A stretch of DNA of 64,000 nucleotides from Macrostomum hystrix (Eukaryota > Animalia > Platyhelminthes), in contig CATNEN010000031.1 in the NCBI GenBank assembly GCA_950097015.1, positions 2,294,001 through 2,358,000 of the forward strand, given 5' to 3'. The stretch's first letter is position 1. Every line of letters starts with the position of its first letter. This document shows positions 14,845 through 25,614 of the stretch, in pieces. The position numbers and the translations under genes were made by a program. Below the pieces are notes generated by a model. It did not search any database, was not told where the DNA came from, and worked only from the letters and a program-made list of their open reading frames with translations.

Positions 14845-15245
14845 ACACCGCTGGCCATACAAAACGATGGTCATACACACCGCTGGTCATACTCACCGCT
14901 GGTCATACACAGCTGATCATACACACCGCTCATCATGCACACCGCTGGTCATACTCACCGCTGGTCATGCACACCGCTGGTCATGCACACCGCTGGTCAT
15001 GCACACCGCTGGTCATACTCAGCTGATCATACACACCGCTCATCATGCACACCGCTGGTCATGCACACCGCTGGTCATACACAGCTGATCATACACACCG
15101 CTCATCATGCACACCGCTGGTCATACTCACCGCTGGTCATGCACACCGCTGGTCATGCACACCGCTGGTCATACTCAGCTGATCATACACACCGCTGATC
15201 ATGCACACCGCTGGTCATGCACACAGCTGGTCATGCACACCGCTG
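14845..15245. repeat. 16-bp-based minisatellite
   Basis: Unit cacaccgctggtcat(g/a) with variants. Confidence 0.9.
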
Positions 15246-15732
15246 TCATTAAACCACTGCTCATACTCGTACACACTTTTGAGCATCTCGAACTCCAATT
15301 TGCGCAGCTCAAGAAGAGGCTCTTGGCAAGAGGTAAAAAAACAGCAAAGGTAAATGGTATGGAGTTTTCCTGTCAACTTTGCACTTGATTTGAATGCTAC
15401 CAAAGCAACCCTACAGTAGTGGCTGGAGCAAAGGAATCAGCGAAAGGACCAACCGAGAGCCCTGCTTGCTGCAGAAATTCAATCTGCCGAACATGTGTTC
15501 CTTGGGGCGGGGGCCATCGATTTATTCTCAGCTCCTCTTTTGTTCAATCTGGGTGACAATCCCAGGAAAAAAAACAAAAGCAGGACGCGGCAAGCGAAGA
15601 CAACTGTAGGACGGACGGTTGTGCAGAGAAAATTTGACAGCGGAAGAAATCTAGATTCGGAATACTGCACTTTCACCTGTCCTCGAGCACAGTTGGGATT
15701 TTTGCATAGACAGTCTGCACAACATCCGGGCG

Positions 15733-18438
15733 ATGACAGCGACTGGAGTCATCCTGCTGATGATGCTCATCCTCATGGCCGCAGCGGCGTCTTTGGCGGC
15801 GCCACCCGCATTGGCGCGCAGCGCCGTTGTCTCGGAGATTCTCAAACCAGCCGATGCGCGCCAGCAGCCGGCGGGTCCGCCTGCGGCGTCTTTCGCCGAG
15901 CGTCTGGCCAGGCGGGACCCGTACGACGAGTTCGCCGAGCCCAGACGGCTGGACTGGCCAGACAGCCGCAGCCAAATACGTCGCCGGCGTCGCCAGATTG
16001 CGGAGAGAATCCGCCAGCGCCTCCTGTGGCGTCTATCGAGTCATCCGGAGCTGACTGCGGCGCTTGCGAAGCCGCTGCCGGCGCACTCGCGCGACAGCCG
16101 CCTGGACAAGCCGGACCCGTACCGAGAGCTGGCTAGCGAGGCCTACCAACGGTTTGTGCAGGCCATTCTGGACATGCGGAATCGCTTGGTGGCCGTACAC
16201 GGCTTCGACGGTTTGTGCTACTGTTACTGATTTTAAGTACTCGTATTAAGTCTGAATTAATTGACAGGTTTGAGGCTCGATGAAAGGTGTGCATCTGGTA
16301 GAATCTGGCCGGCAGTTTTACTTTAGAGTGACGGGTGGTAAGAATGTTTGACAGGTGTGAATCTGAGTGACAGGTGTGAATCTGAGTGACAGGTGTGAAT
16401 CTGAGTGACAGGTGTGAATCTGAGCGACAGGTGTGAATCTGGGTGAAAGGTGTGAATCTGGGTGACAGGTGCGAATCTGGGTGAAAGGTATGAATCTGAT
16501 TGACAGGTGTGAGTCTGAGCGACAGGTGTGAATCTAGTTGACAGGTGTGAATCTGGGTGACAGGCGTGTCGTTGCGAAGTAAGTGGCATGGCCATTCGCT
16601 AAAACTGGCACACTAATCATGCCACACCTCAGAGACCTCTGCCATCGGAGAGTTCTTCGAAAAGACGCCGTCAACGAACTATGGCGGCCTGAATTCAACG
16701 ACAACTGCGGCTCCGACTGGCGGCCCAGAAATCACGCCGAGTCCGCCGGTGCTTGTCTGCCCGCCGCGTTGGCGTCTCGGCGACCATCGATGCGAGAAAA
16801 ATGCCACCTTCTGCTTTCACGACTCGGAGTGCCCGGACAGTCGCTGCTGCTTCGATGGCTGCAACATGCGCTGCCTGGAGCCCGAACTGCTGGTCAGGCA
16901 CGGTGAGTCTGGCTAGACTGGATATAGTGTCAGACTGGCAAGTGTCAGACTGGATATAGTGTCAGACTGGATATAGTGTCAGACTGGATATAGTGTCAGA
17001 CTGGATATAGTGTCAGACTGGATATAGTGTCAGACTGGATATAGTGTCAGACTGGATATAGTGTCAGACTGGATATAGTGTCAGACTGGATATAGTGTCA
17101 GACTGGATATAGTGTCAGACTGGATATAGTGTCAGACTGGATATAGTGTCAGACTGGATATAGTGTCAGACTGGATATAGTGTCAGACTGGATATAGTGT
17201 CAGACTGGATATAGTGTCAGACTGGATATAGTGTCAGACTGGATATAGTGTCAGACTGGATATAGTGTCAGACTGGATATAGTGTCAGACTGGATATAGT
17301 GTCAGACTGGATATAGTGTCAGACTGGATATAGTGTCAGACTGGATATAGTGTCAGACTGGATATAGTGTCAGACTGGATATAGTGTCAGACTGAAGAGT
17401 GTCAGATTGTGAGAAGTGTCAACCCGCACCTCCCTTGCAACACCTCGCCGAGCAGTGTGCCGTGACTACACAAACAGCTCGGTGTTCCCAGGCGATCTGT
17501 ACATGCGTCAGCGGGAGCAGATTTGCACCTGCGACGAGCTGGGCCGGCCGCGGGCGTGCAAGGATAAAAAGCCGTGCGTCGATGTGATCTCTAGCGCGGT
17601 GAGCAGAACTCAATGTTAGTCTCTATTTCGGGTGGTTGCGGATACAAAATGGGTCTAAGTTAAAAAAATGCAAAAATGTATATTTTTTCTAGACTATGGG
17701 GATTTCCTAAATGTTATTCTAGACGAAGGTTTTCCCTAGTGAATCTATAAACCAGGGGATTTTCTAAGTGAAACTCTAAACTAGGGGATTTCCCAAGTGT
17801 AGCTCTAAACTAGGGGATTTCCCAAGTTAAACTCTAAACTAGGGGATTTCCCAAGTAAACTCTAAACTAGGGTATTTCCCAAGTGTAGCTCTAAACTAGG
17901 GGATTTCCCAAGTAAACTCTAAACTAGGGTATTTCCCAAGTGTAGCTCTAAACTAGGGGATTTCCCAAGTAAACTCTAAACTAGGGGATTTCCCAAGTAA
18001 ACTCTACACTAGGGGATTTCCCAAGTGTAGCTTTAAACTAGGGGATTTCGTAAATGTAAGTCTAGACGAATGGATTTCCCAAGTGTAACTCTAAACCAGG
18101 GGATTTCCTAAATGTAAGTCTAGACTAGGGGATTTCCTAAATGTAAGTCTAGACTAGAGGATTTCCTAAATGCAAGTCTAGACTAGGAGATTCTCGAATT
18201 AAATTCCTCTAGTAGACTTTATAAACTCAGCAGGATATTTTTAAGTACAAATCAAGACATGAAGTATAAGTGATTGTTGAAGGGCAAGCTTTCAATAGAA
18301 AATCCTACATTGCAGCTGTTCAAACTGCCCTACATCAGCAATGAGACTGTGAAATTCAGGAAGCGGGAGCGCACAACCCGACAGAAGATCTATGACGCTC
18401 TGCAGGAGGCCTTCAAGCACATGAAGAAGGTCTACTGA
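15733..18438 (+). CDS. Secreted WAP four-disulfide-core protein (predicted 337 aa, 4 exons)
   Basis: Exons 15733-16210 (signal peptide, RRRRR; donor GTTTGT, weaker), 16633-16902 (branch CTAAT, CAG; CPPRWRLGDHRCEKNATFCFHDSECPDSRCCFDGCNMRC = 8-Cys WAP; donor GTGAGT), 17456-17598 (CRDYT..CTCDELG..C..C; donor GTGAGC), 18316-18438 (LFKLPY...KVY*); phases 1,1,0 give 1014 nt in frame. Confidence 0.75.
16345..16565. repeat. 19-bp minisatellite in WAP gene intron 1
   Basis: Unit gacaggtgtgaatctgagt. Confidence 0.9.
16910..17392. repeat. 17-bp minisatellite filling WAP gene intron 2
   Basis: Unit agactggatatagtgtc, about 28 nearly perfect copies starting just after GTGAGT donor. Confidence 0.96.
17750..18190. 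repeat. 27-29-bp minisatellite in WAP gene intron 3
   Basis: Unit aactctaaactaggggatttcccaagt with variants. Confidence 0.85.
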
Positions 18439-18729
18439 TTAATCTGCTTGGCCATTGCTGACAGTTACCAAGGGTGAAGGAATTAATGCCGCAATGGTCT
18501 AGGTAATTCTATGAATTTAAAATCAATTTTATCCATACCAGATAAATACATACGAGAGTGCAGGAAGTAAGCGCCTTTGGCATACCATGCCGCATACGCT
18601 CGTATGATCAATTTTCTTGTCTGAAGAGAGTAGCGAAAAAGACCTTTGCCGAAAATCTACACTATAAATTCAAGTTTTTCTGTACTATATACAAACAAGA
18701 AAAGTAAAAATTTAACAATTTGATAACAA

Positions 18730-19600
18730 TGACTGAGGTAGACAAACTGCTGACTGCCCGGAAGCTCTCCGTTGCCTGTCCGTCAGCGCCACGACAGAAA
18801 ATTACGGCCCCGATGTCGCCCCTCGTGTTGACCAACGACGCTCGCTGCTTGTCTATAGCTTGCGCTGGGCGCCCTCTACGGTCGAGATCAGCTGCTCTCG
18901 TAGCACAGAGTACGCCATGATGGCGGAGATCAGCTGCTCTCGTAGCACAGAGTACAACGCCATGATGGCAGAGATCAGCTGCTCTCGTAGCACAGAGTAC
19001 AACGCCATGATGGCAGAGATCAGCTGCTCTCGTAGCACAGAGTACAACGCCATGATGGCGGAGATCAGCTGCTCTCGTAGCACAGAGTACGCCATGATGG
19101 CAGAGATCGGCTGCTCTCGTAGCACAGAGTACGCCATGATGGCAGAGATCAGCTGCTCTCGTAGCACAGAGTACAACGCCACGATGGCAGAGATCAGCTG
19201 CTCTCGTAGCACAGAGTACAACGCCTTGATGGCGGAGATCAGCTGCTCTCGTAGCACAGAGTACAACGCCATGATGGCGGAGATCAGCTGCTCTCGTAGC
19301 ACAGAGTACAACGCCATGATGGCGGAGATCAGCTGCTCAGCTGCACATGATACGCACGGAGCACATATGGGAGCGCAGCCCTTTCTACCGAGTCGAATGT
19401 CTTCGTGAAGTCAATGAAGGCAACAATCAGGTCCAACTGGCGCGTGCGCGCGTCCTCGACGATTCGGCGAAGAGCCAGAATCTGCGTCGCTGTGCGCGGT
19501 GTAGGGATCCAGCACAGGCTGCAACCGCGATAGCAGGAAGACCCGTCTCACGGTCTCAATAAAAATAGTTATCCCGTGACTTTGAGCCACACTCAATTAC
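18730..19600 (-). mobile_element. Decayed RTE-like non-LTR retrotransposon reverse transcriptase fragment
   Basis: Minus translation with frameshifts: RVFLLSRLQPVLDP / QILALRRIVEDARTRQLDLIVAFIDFTKTFDSVERAALPYVLRAYHV / EQLISAIMALYS / FVYL; matches LINE RT motifs (IDFxKAFDSV, FxYLG); clade assignment by eye. Confidence 0.8.
18885..19337. repeat. 42/45-bp tandem repeat derived from LINE RT sequence, about 10 copies
   Basis: Unit gagatcagctgctctcgtagcacagagtacaacgccatgatggc(a/g) reads VLREQLISAIMALYS on minus, continuous with flanking RT. Confidence 0.93.
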
Positions 19601-20269
19601 AACAGCCAAACAAAAAACACACTTCTGAGACAGACCTCATGGATAAAATATCTCAAGGCAAGTCTAGACTGAAAATAGCAGTATTTCAGCATTTAAGTTG
19701 CTCAGTTCTTGGGCAGTGCACTGAAGATTCAGTTTTGTCTTACTAAATCTAAAGCTTTCTTAAGAGTATATTTATTAACGAGTGAAACAACTAACTGGCA
19801 AAGTCAAAGTCCAGTCAAAATCAATTTTGCTCTCAAATCTCGTAATTTAAAAGGAAAAAACTATTGTTGCCTAATATAACTAGTAAAAACTTGTTCACAG
19901 CAATCGAATATAGGATAAAGAATTATTAAACTGGCTTGCAGCATGTCTTATTTAACTACTACTTGCAGTAACGTAGAGAGAATAGGGTGTAAAGGCCGAG
20001 AACAGACAGTCACAACTAAATTCTGCAATCTCTGCATCGAAACTAAAGCTTTGATTAAAATTTTAGTCCTTCAAAGCCAAATCTCTCTTCAATTTTATTA
20101 CAACGAAAACTATAAAACTCAATAAATTCGAAAGTACAACTAAATAAACATAGAACTAATCAATCAGCTGAAAGTCTCAAATTTAACAGATTCTATTTTG
20201 GGCACAAGTTTAATAACTAGGCTCTAGCTGTGTCATGGCCTAATTTTGAAGTTCTTCAAAACCACTGAC

Positions 20270-20440
20270 AACCTGAAGTTCTTCAAAACTGCTAACTGCC
20301 ATGCTGATGTCCTTCAAAACTGCTAACTGCCATGCTGATGTCATTCAAAACTGCTAACTGACATTCTGAAGTCATTCAAAACTGCTAACTGACATTCTGA
20401 AGTCATTCAAAACTGCAAATTGACATCATGATGCTTTTCA
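20270..20440. repeat. 31-bp degenerate minisatellite downstream of GOT2
   Basis: Unit ttcaaaactgctaactgccatgctgatgtcc, about 5 copies. Confidence 0.8.
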
Positions 20441-20639
20441 AAACTACAACCAATTAGCAGAAATGTTGCAATAGAAACGCACCGAACGGTCTTAAACAAA
20501 AGTTTAGCCTTTGTCTTCTATTAAAAAATATGAGTAATATTGAAAATGAGACACTCTCGTATGTAGCCAATAGCCTATAAGTATTTATTTTACATTATCT
20601 GTCTCTAGGCAGCTAATTAACCGCGTCTGTTACTAGCTC

Positions 20640-23600
20640 TCACTTAGTAACCTGGTGGATAGCATGCGCCAGGTAAGCCACATTGTTGGAAGAAATTCCG
20701 GCCACACTGATCCGGCCGTCCTTAGTCAGGTAGACGCTGAACTCCTTTGTTAGGCGCTCCACCTGCTCCGGCTTGAGGCCAGTGAAGCAGAACATGCCAA
20801 TCTGGTCGACTATGTGCTGCCAGTTCCTCTTGCTGCCCTCTTTGGCCAGCAGGTCTGCCAGCTGGGTGCGCATGCTGATGATGCGGTCAGCCATCACCTT
20901 CACATCGGCTAGCCAGGCCCGGCGGAGCTCCGGTTGGGTCAGCACGGCCGCAGCGATTCTGGCGCCGTGAATGGGCGGATTGGAGTACATGGGCCGGATG
21001 AGAATCTTCATCTGGCTCATGACCCGGTCGCGCTCCTCCTGCGAGTCGCAGAAGATGCTGAAGGCGCCAACCCGCTCGCCGTAGAGGCCCATGTTCTTGG
21101 CAAAGCTCTGGCACAGAGCAGCCGGGAGGCCCTCCGATAGGAAGTAGCGAACGGCCCAGGCGTCAGTGTCCACGCAGCCGGAGGCGAAGCCCTTCGAGGA
21201 GGAACAAAAAATGGAGGTCGTCAGAACAAAGGAGAGCCGTAGACATCACAAGGAAGATCAAAGAGGAGAGCCGCAGACATCAAAAGGAAGATGAAAGAGG
21301 AGAGTAGCAGACAAGGAAGAGCGCGCACCTGATAGGCCATGTCGAAGAACGGATACAGCTTCCTGCGCTTGATGATGTCACAGAGCTCGCGCCACTGCTC
21401 CTGCCGCGGATCCACGCCAGTCGGATTGTGGGCGCAGGCGTGCAGTAGGATGACGTCACCTTCGGGTATTTTGCTAACGTCGTCAAGGCAACCGGCGGCG
21501 TCGAAGCCGCAGGTGGCCGGATCATAGTAGCGGTACTGCTTAACGGACATGCCGGCGTGGCCAAACACGGGATTGTGATTGCCCCAGGTGGGCTTAGGAA
21601 ACCAAACAGTTTTGCTGGGATAGAACTTGGCAAAGAATGCGGCGCCAATTCTCAGGGCGCCGGTGCCGCTGATGGACTGGGCGGTGGCATTGCGGCCCTC
21701 GCGCAGGATCGGATGCCCATCGCCCAAGGCCAGCTCGGCGGCAGCCTTGGCAAACTCTGGCAGGCCGATAATGCCGGCGTACTCTTTATCCAGCTTCTGT
21801 GCCATGATCTGCTCTTCGGCTTTGCGCACAGACGGCAGCACAAATGGCTTGCCAGCATCATCCCTGTAGGCGCCGACGCCCAGGTTCATCTTCTTGTCGC
21901 TCTTGTCCCGTTTGAAGGCCTCCGTGACGCCCAGGATGGGATCTGGCGGGCCCATCTCCACACTGGCCCAGTGCGCCCTGCCAAAATTAAAGTTGATGCT
22001 TTCTGTATTCAAATGGTTATATTTATGTATACATTAATGTTGTAGCCTAGTGATTAGAGTGTCGGACTCATGACTAAAAGGTCAAGGTTCGATTCCTGAC
22101 CCCACTGGAGTTGATAGTCGATACAATGCCTTATCAATAAACAGTTATTTACATTACTTTAATAGCAACCGTTTTTACTTTAGCATTATACAATGCACAT
22201 AAAATATTATCTAATTGTTTAGGAATGTACCATAATATATAACTAGAAATGTCTTTTTCACAAACACAGTCTTGACATACTAAACATCATTTATAAAAAT
22301 CGTTTGGCCAGCATGATAGAATCCAGTCCAATTTGGAAACAAACCACCTAGGCAGCAACAATTTTGGTGACAAGCAATTATAGTGACAACCATTTCAGCA
22401 ACAATATACTTTCCACATATTTTTAATTAGTAACATGCAATAACAAATATTATTTAAACAAGCAACAGTTTATTTCAGATATTTTAGATAATATATTATA
22501 GATTTCAAGTATAACAATAATTAATACACTAGAAAAGGTAGAAAGGTAAACATGCAGATATGCTAAAGGAAGTGCTTATTCCCACGGTCCCATGCCGATA
22601 ATTATAATTTTATCCACACGGATCTGTGCCGATAATGTTCTGCTTATCCACACGGCAGCTTGTATGAATAGGTCTACTTTCAAGTCCCTATACCTATTCT
22701 TCTCTGAGCATAAGGCTTTTGCTTCAGAGTATAGTGTATAGTGTACACTATCAATGCATAGTGTAAAAGAATAACAATGATTTATAATATGTGTGACGAG
22801 TTTGGTGCTGACTAGAATTCTACTGGTTGACTCGTATGATTTTCTTAGATAGACTTCTTACTTTTTTAAGTCAATACAATTCGAATGAAAACACGTAACG
22901 ATGACAAAATATTTAGTAAGTTGTTATTACAATAATTAAAAAGGATGACATTAATGTCGGTTAATGAATGTGTAGGTCGAATGTAGAACACTGTCGTAAC
23001 ACACTGTCAACTTTGTCGATCTATTGGCTCGAGGGTTCAACAAACGTTCAAACCCGAAAGGGCCTCGTTTTAAAGAACAGAACCGTGTGGATAAAATTGA
23101 AATTAATGGCACGGCATATTTATAAAAAGAGTTTTAGACCTATTCATACAAGCTGCCGTGTGGATAAGCAGAAAATTATCGGCACGGATCCGTGTGGATA
23201 AAATTGAAATTATCGGCACGGGACCGTGGGAATAAGCTCTGCCTATGCTAAAAGATAAAAATAGGGCAATTTAATTTTTTCTCTTTAATAATGCTTGTTT
23301 GTTACTACAAACTCTGTAGTAATGTGCTGAGCACATTGTGAACACAGAGACAGGGCTGGACAGGGCTTTTTATTTAGTCTTTGTAACTGAAAATACTAGG
23401 CCTACTACTATATAACACCACTATTTCATTTTCTATGTTGGCAATTAGGGCCTTTGTCAAGTTGCAGAGCTTGCTATTAACTTTTAGCATTATTGTAACA
23501 GGTAACACAGCTAGAGATGTCTAAGACTCACTGAGACAGCATGTTCAATGTCAAGCTTTTATACAACCTCAAAAAGAAAATATTTAGGGCCTTTACTAAA

Positions 23601-24254
23601 TTTTTCTACATTTTTGTAACTTTTTGTTTTAATTCATAACTTTACACTAGGAAAAAGTTGTCAAAGATTTAGGCTACACAGTTTTCTACTTGGTTTTGCC
23701 TAAATGGCTGCAGCTAAAGTGAACCAGTACTGCATGATCCAGGTATACAATGGATATACTAGACTTTCCAAAAATAGATACTTTGTTTGGGACTAGCACA
23801 ATTTAAAAAATGGTACATTTTCAAGTCTAGTATATTTACTCATTTATTTATTCTAAAGAAATAAAGAAAATATTTTTATCTCAAGAAGCCCATAGCCATT
23901 CTTAGATAATGACTAGCAAAAAAATACCCCCTTTGGGGGGAGGGACCCCAAAGAAAATGAAGGCTTAAAATAAAAAAGCATAAAATATATCTAGCAACAT
24001 AGCCTACCTGAAGGCTGAAGCAATGAGAACACAAAATCGAAATTGGGCCAAGGTGTAAACAAAGTAAGGCCCAACCCATTTTTTATCAATTGTTTTTAGC
24101 TAGGGCCTACCAGCTACTTGGTAGCTACTTGGTCATATAATCTCAAGAAATAAAAGTAGTTTGATTGTGTTACTTACTTTGTGCGACATGCAAGAGGCAT
24201 AAATCGGCATGCTTTCAACAGAGAGTTACTATTGGTATATACGAGAGAGTTCAT
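20640..24254 (-). CDS. GOT2: Mitochondrial aspartate aminotransferase (425 aa, 3 exons)
   Basis: Exons 24254-24178 ([25 protein letters not shown], presequence-like, GTAAGT), 21977-21329 ([40 protein letters not shown]), 21191-20640 ([23 protein letters not shown] lysine motif, DGRISVAG); 77+649+552=1278 nt in frame. Confidence 0.96.
22039..22106 (+). mobile_element. SINE tRNA-like head fragment in GOT2 intron 1
   Basis: gttgtagcctagtgattagagtgtcggactcatgact...ggttcgattcctgacc matches head of SINE at 9386-9707. Confidence 0.75.
22568..23243. mobile_element. Non-autonomous Mutator/foldback-like DNA element
   Basis: About 109-bp imperfect TIRs (22568-22676, 23135-23243) starting with GG, built of ccacacgg/gccgataat subrepeats; exact 9-bp TSD TATGCTAAA (22559-22567, 23244-23252); no transposase. 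Confidence 0.85.
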
Positions 24255-24589
24255 GGTGCTCTTAAAATATTTAAATCTAGCCTAGACAAATTCGGAAGTT
24301 GCAGGTAATTATAAGATCCGATTAACACAATTGGATCAAATTTTATATGTAGTGCACATTTTCAGAGAAAGCGTCAATCATTACATTTTTGAATATCATT
24401 ACAACTTTTTGTTAGCAAAGTTTTCTAATCAATCAAGAAAAAAGTATTTTATCCTGAAAGTTAATTATTAAAACCTTTCTTTTAATAACTTTTTAGTTTA
24501 AAATTGGTATACTAAGAAACACTTTAAATTAAATCTTTAAACTATAATTTTAGGCGGCCGCTTAATTTTGTTTCTCTAAGTCCCAGGTA

Positions 24590-24759
24590 CAGTGGCGTAG
24601 CTAGTAATTTTCGATGGGGGGATAAATGAAAAAAGTTCAACGAACAATTCAAAAAATAGACTGTATTTTAATGGTAATACTCCCCCCTTTCAACCCTCCC
24701 ACAATTTTTCTGCCGCTTGGGAGGGATATGTCCCCGTATCCCCCCTAGCTACGCCACTG
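24590..24759. mobile_element. hAT-type MITE, 170 bp
   Basis: Perfect 15-bp TIR CAGTGGCGTAGCTAG / CTAGCTACGCCACTG; exact 8-bp TSD CCCAGGTA (24582-24589, 24760-24767). Confidence 0.9.
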
Positions 24760-25614
24760 CCCAGGTACATTAAATGTTCAGGAAGTCTTCAGTTATAGCC
24801 ATAGTTACCTGATTGTTTGATTTAGAGTGTTTTGGGCTGTAGTGTTAAAGTGTAAACACAACGTAAAGAACTAAAATTGTTTTAAATCGTCTGGTCATAT
24901 AATCTAATACTTTAGTTTTCCCTTTTCTTCTTAATGTTAACTTTTGTTGTAGAGGACATGACCGTCTCAGGTATATATATAGTTTTAAAGTCAAATCTTG
25001 AAGTATAATAGCTAGCTAATTGCAGGGATTATATATAGATAGATTTCTAATAGGCATAGTGTCAAGATAGGTTGTGGAGATCAGTACAATCAGTATTCAT
25101 ATTATTTATCTGAATAAATGTTTAAAACTTACAGACACACCCTTTATAATTCAGAAGGATTGAAAAAGGTATGCTTTAGCCTTGCACCTAGAACACAATG
25201 GCAATGCTATGTGTTTGACTGTTTATGCCTGTCTTTGGGCCAGTCTATGACTCTGGCTCTGCTGGCTGCCATGGCCAAGTGTTTTTTAGGGATCTCATCA
25301 AAGGACTTTACATGCTTTGATTTAATTTCATATTGTTAATTTTAAGGATTTTAAGGATTATAAGAGTTATTTATACTAACCTTCCTATAGCGAAGTTGTC
25401 ATTGCTTTGAAATTAAAATTGTGCTTCTGAGGAACAACATGTACATATTATAGCTAGTATTTTTATATTCTCACTTCTTGTTGAATTAGTTTTCTTGCTT
25501 ATATTTTGTGACTTCTTTTTGGAAAGTGTTTTGTTTTCATTTCAATTATTTACAATCAATTCATTCTGAATATTTTTTCTAGTGCTTGCTTTTCCTTCTA
25601 AACTTGAAAGCAAA

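Noticed and set aside
16211-16230. C-terminal GLCYCY* of the 165-aa ORF as a peptide-toxin-like tail
   Set aside because: More likely intron read-through, since a phase-1 donor at 16211 joins in frame to the WAP exon
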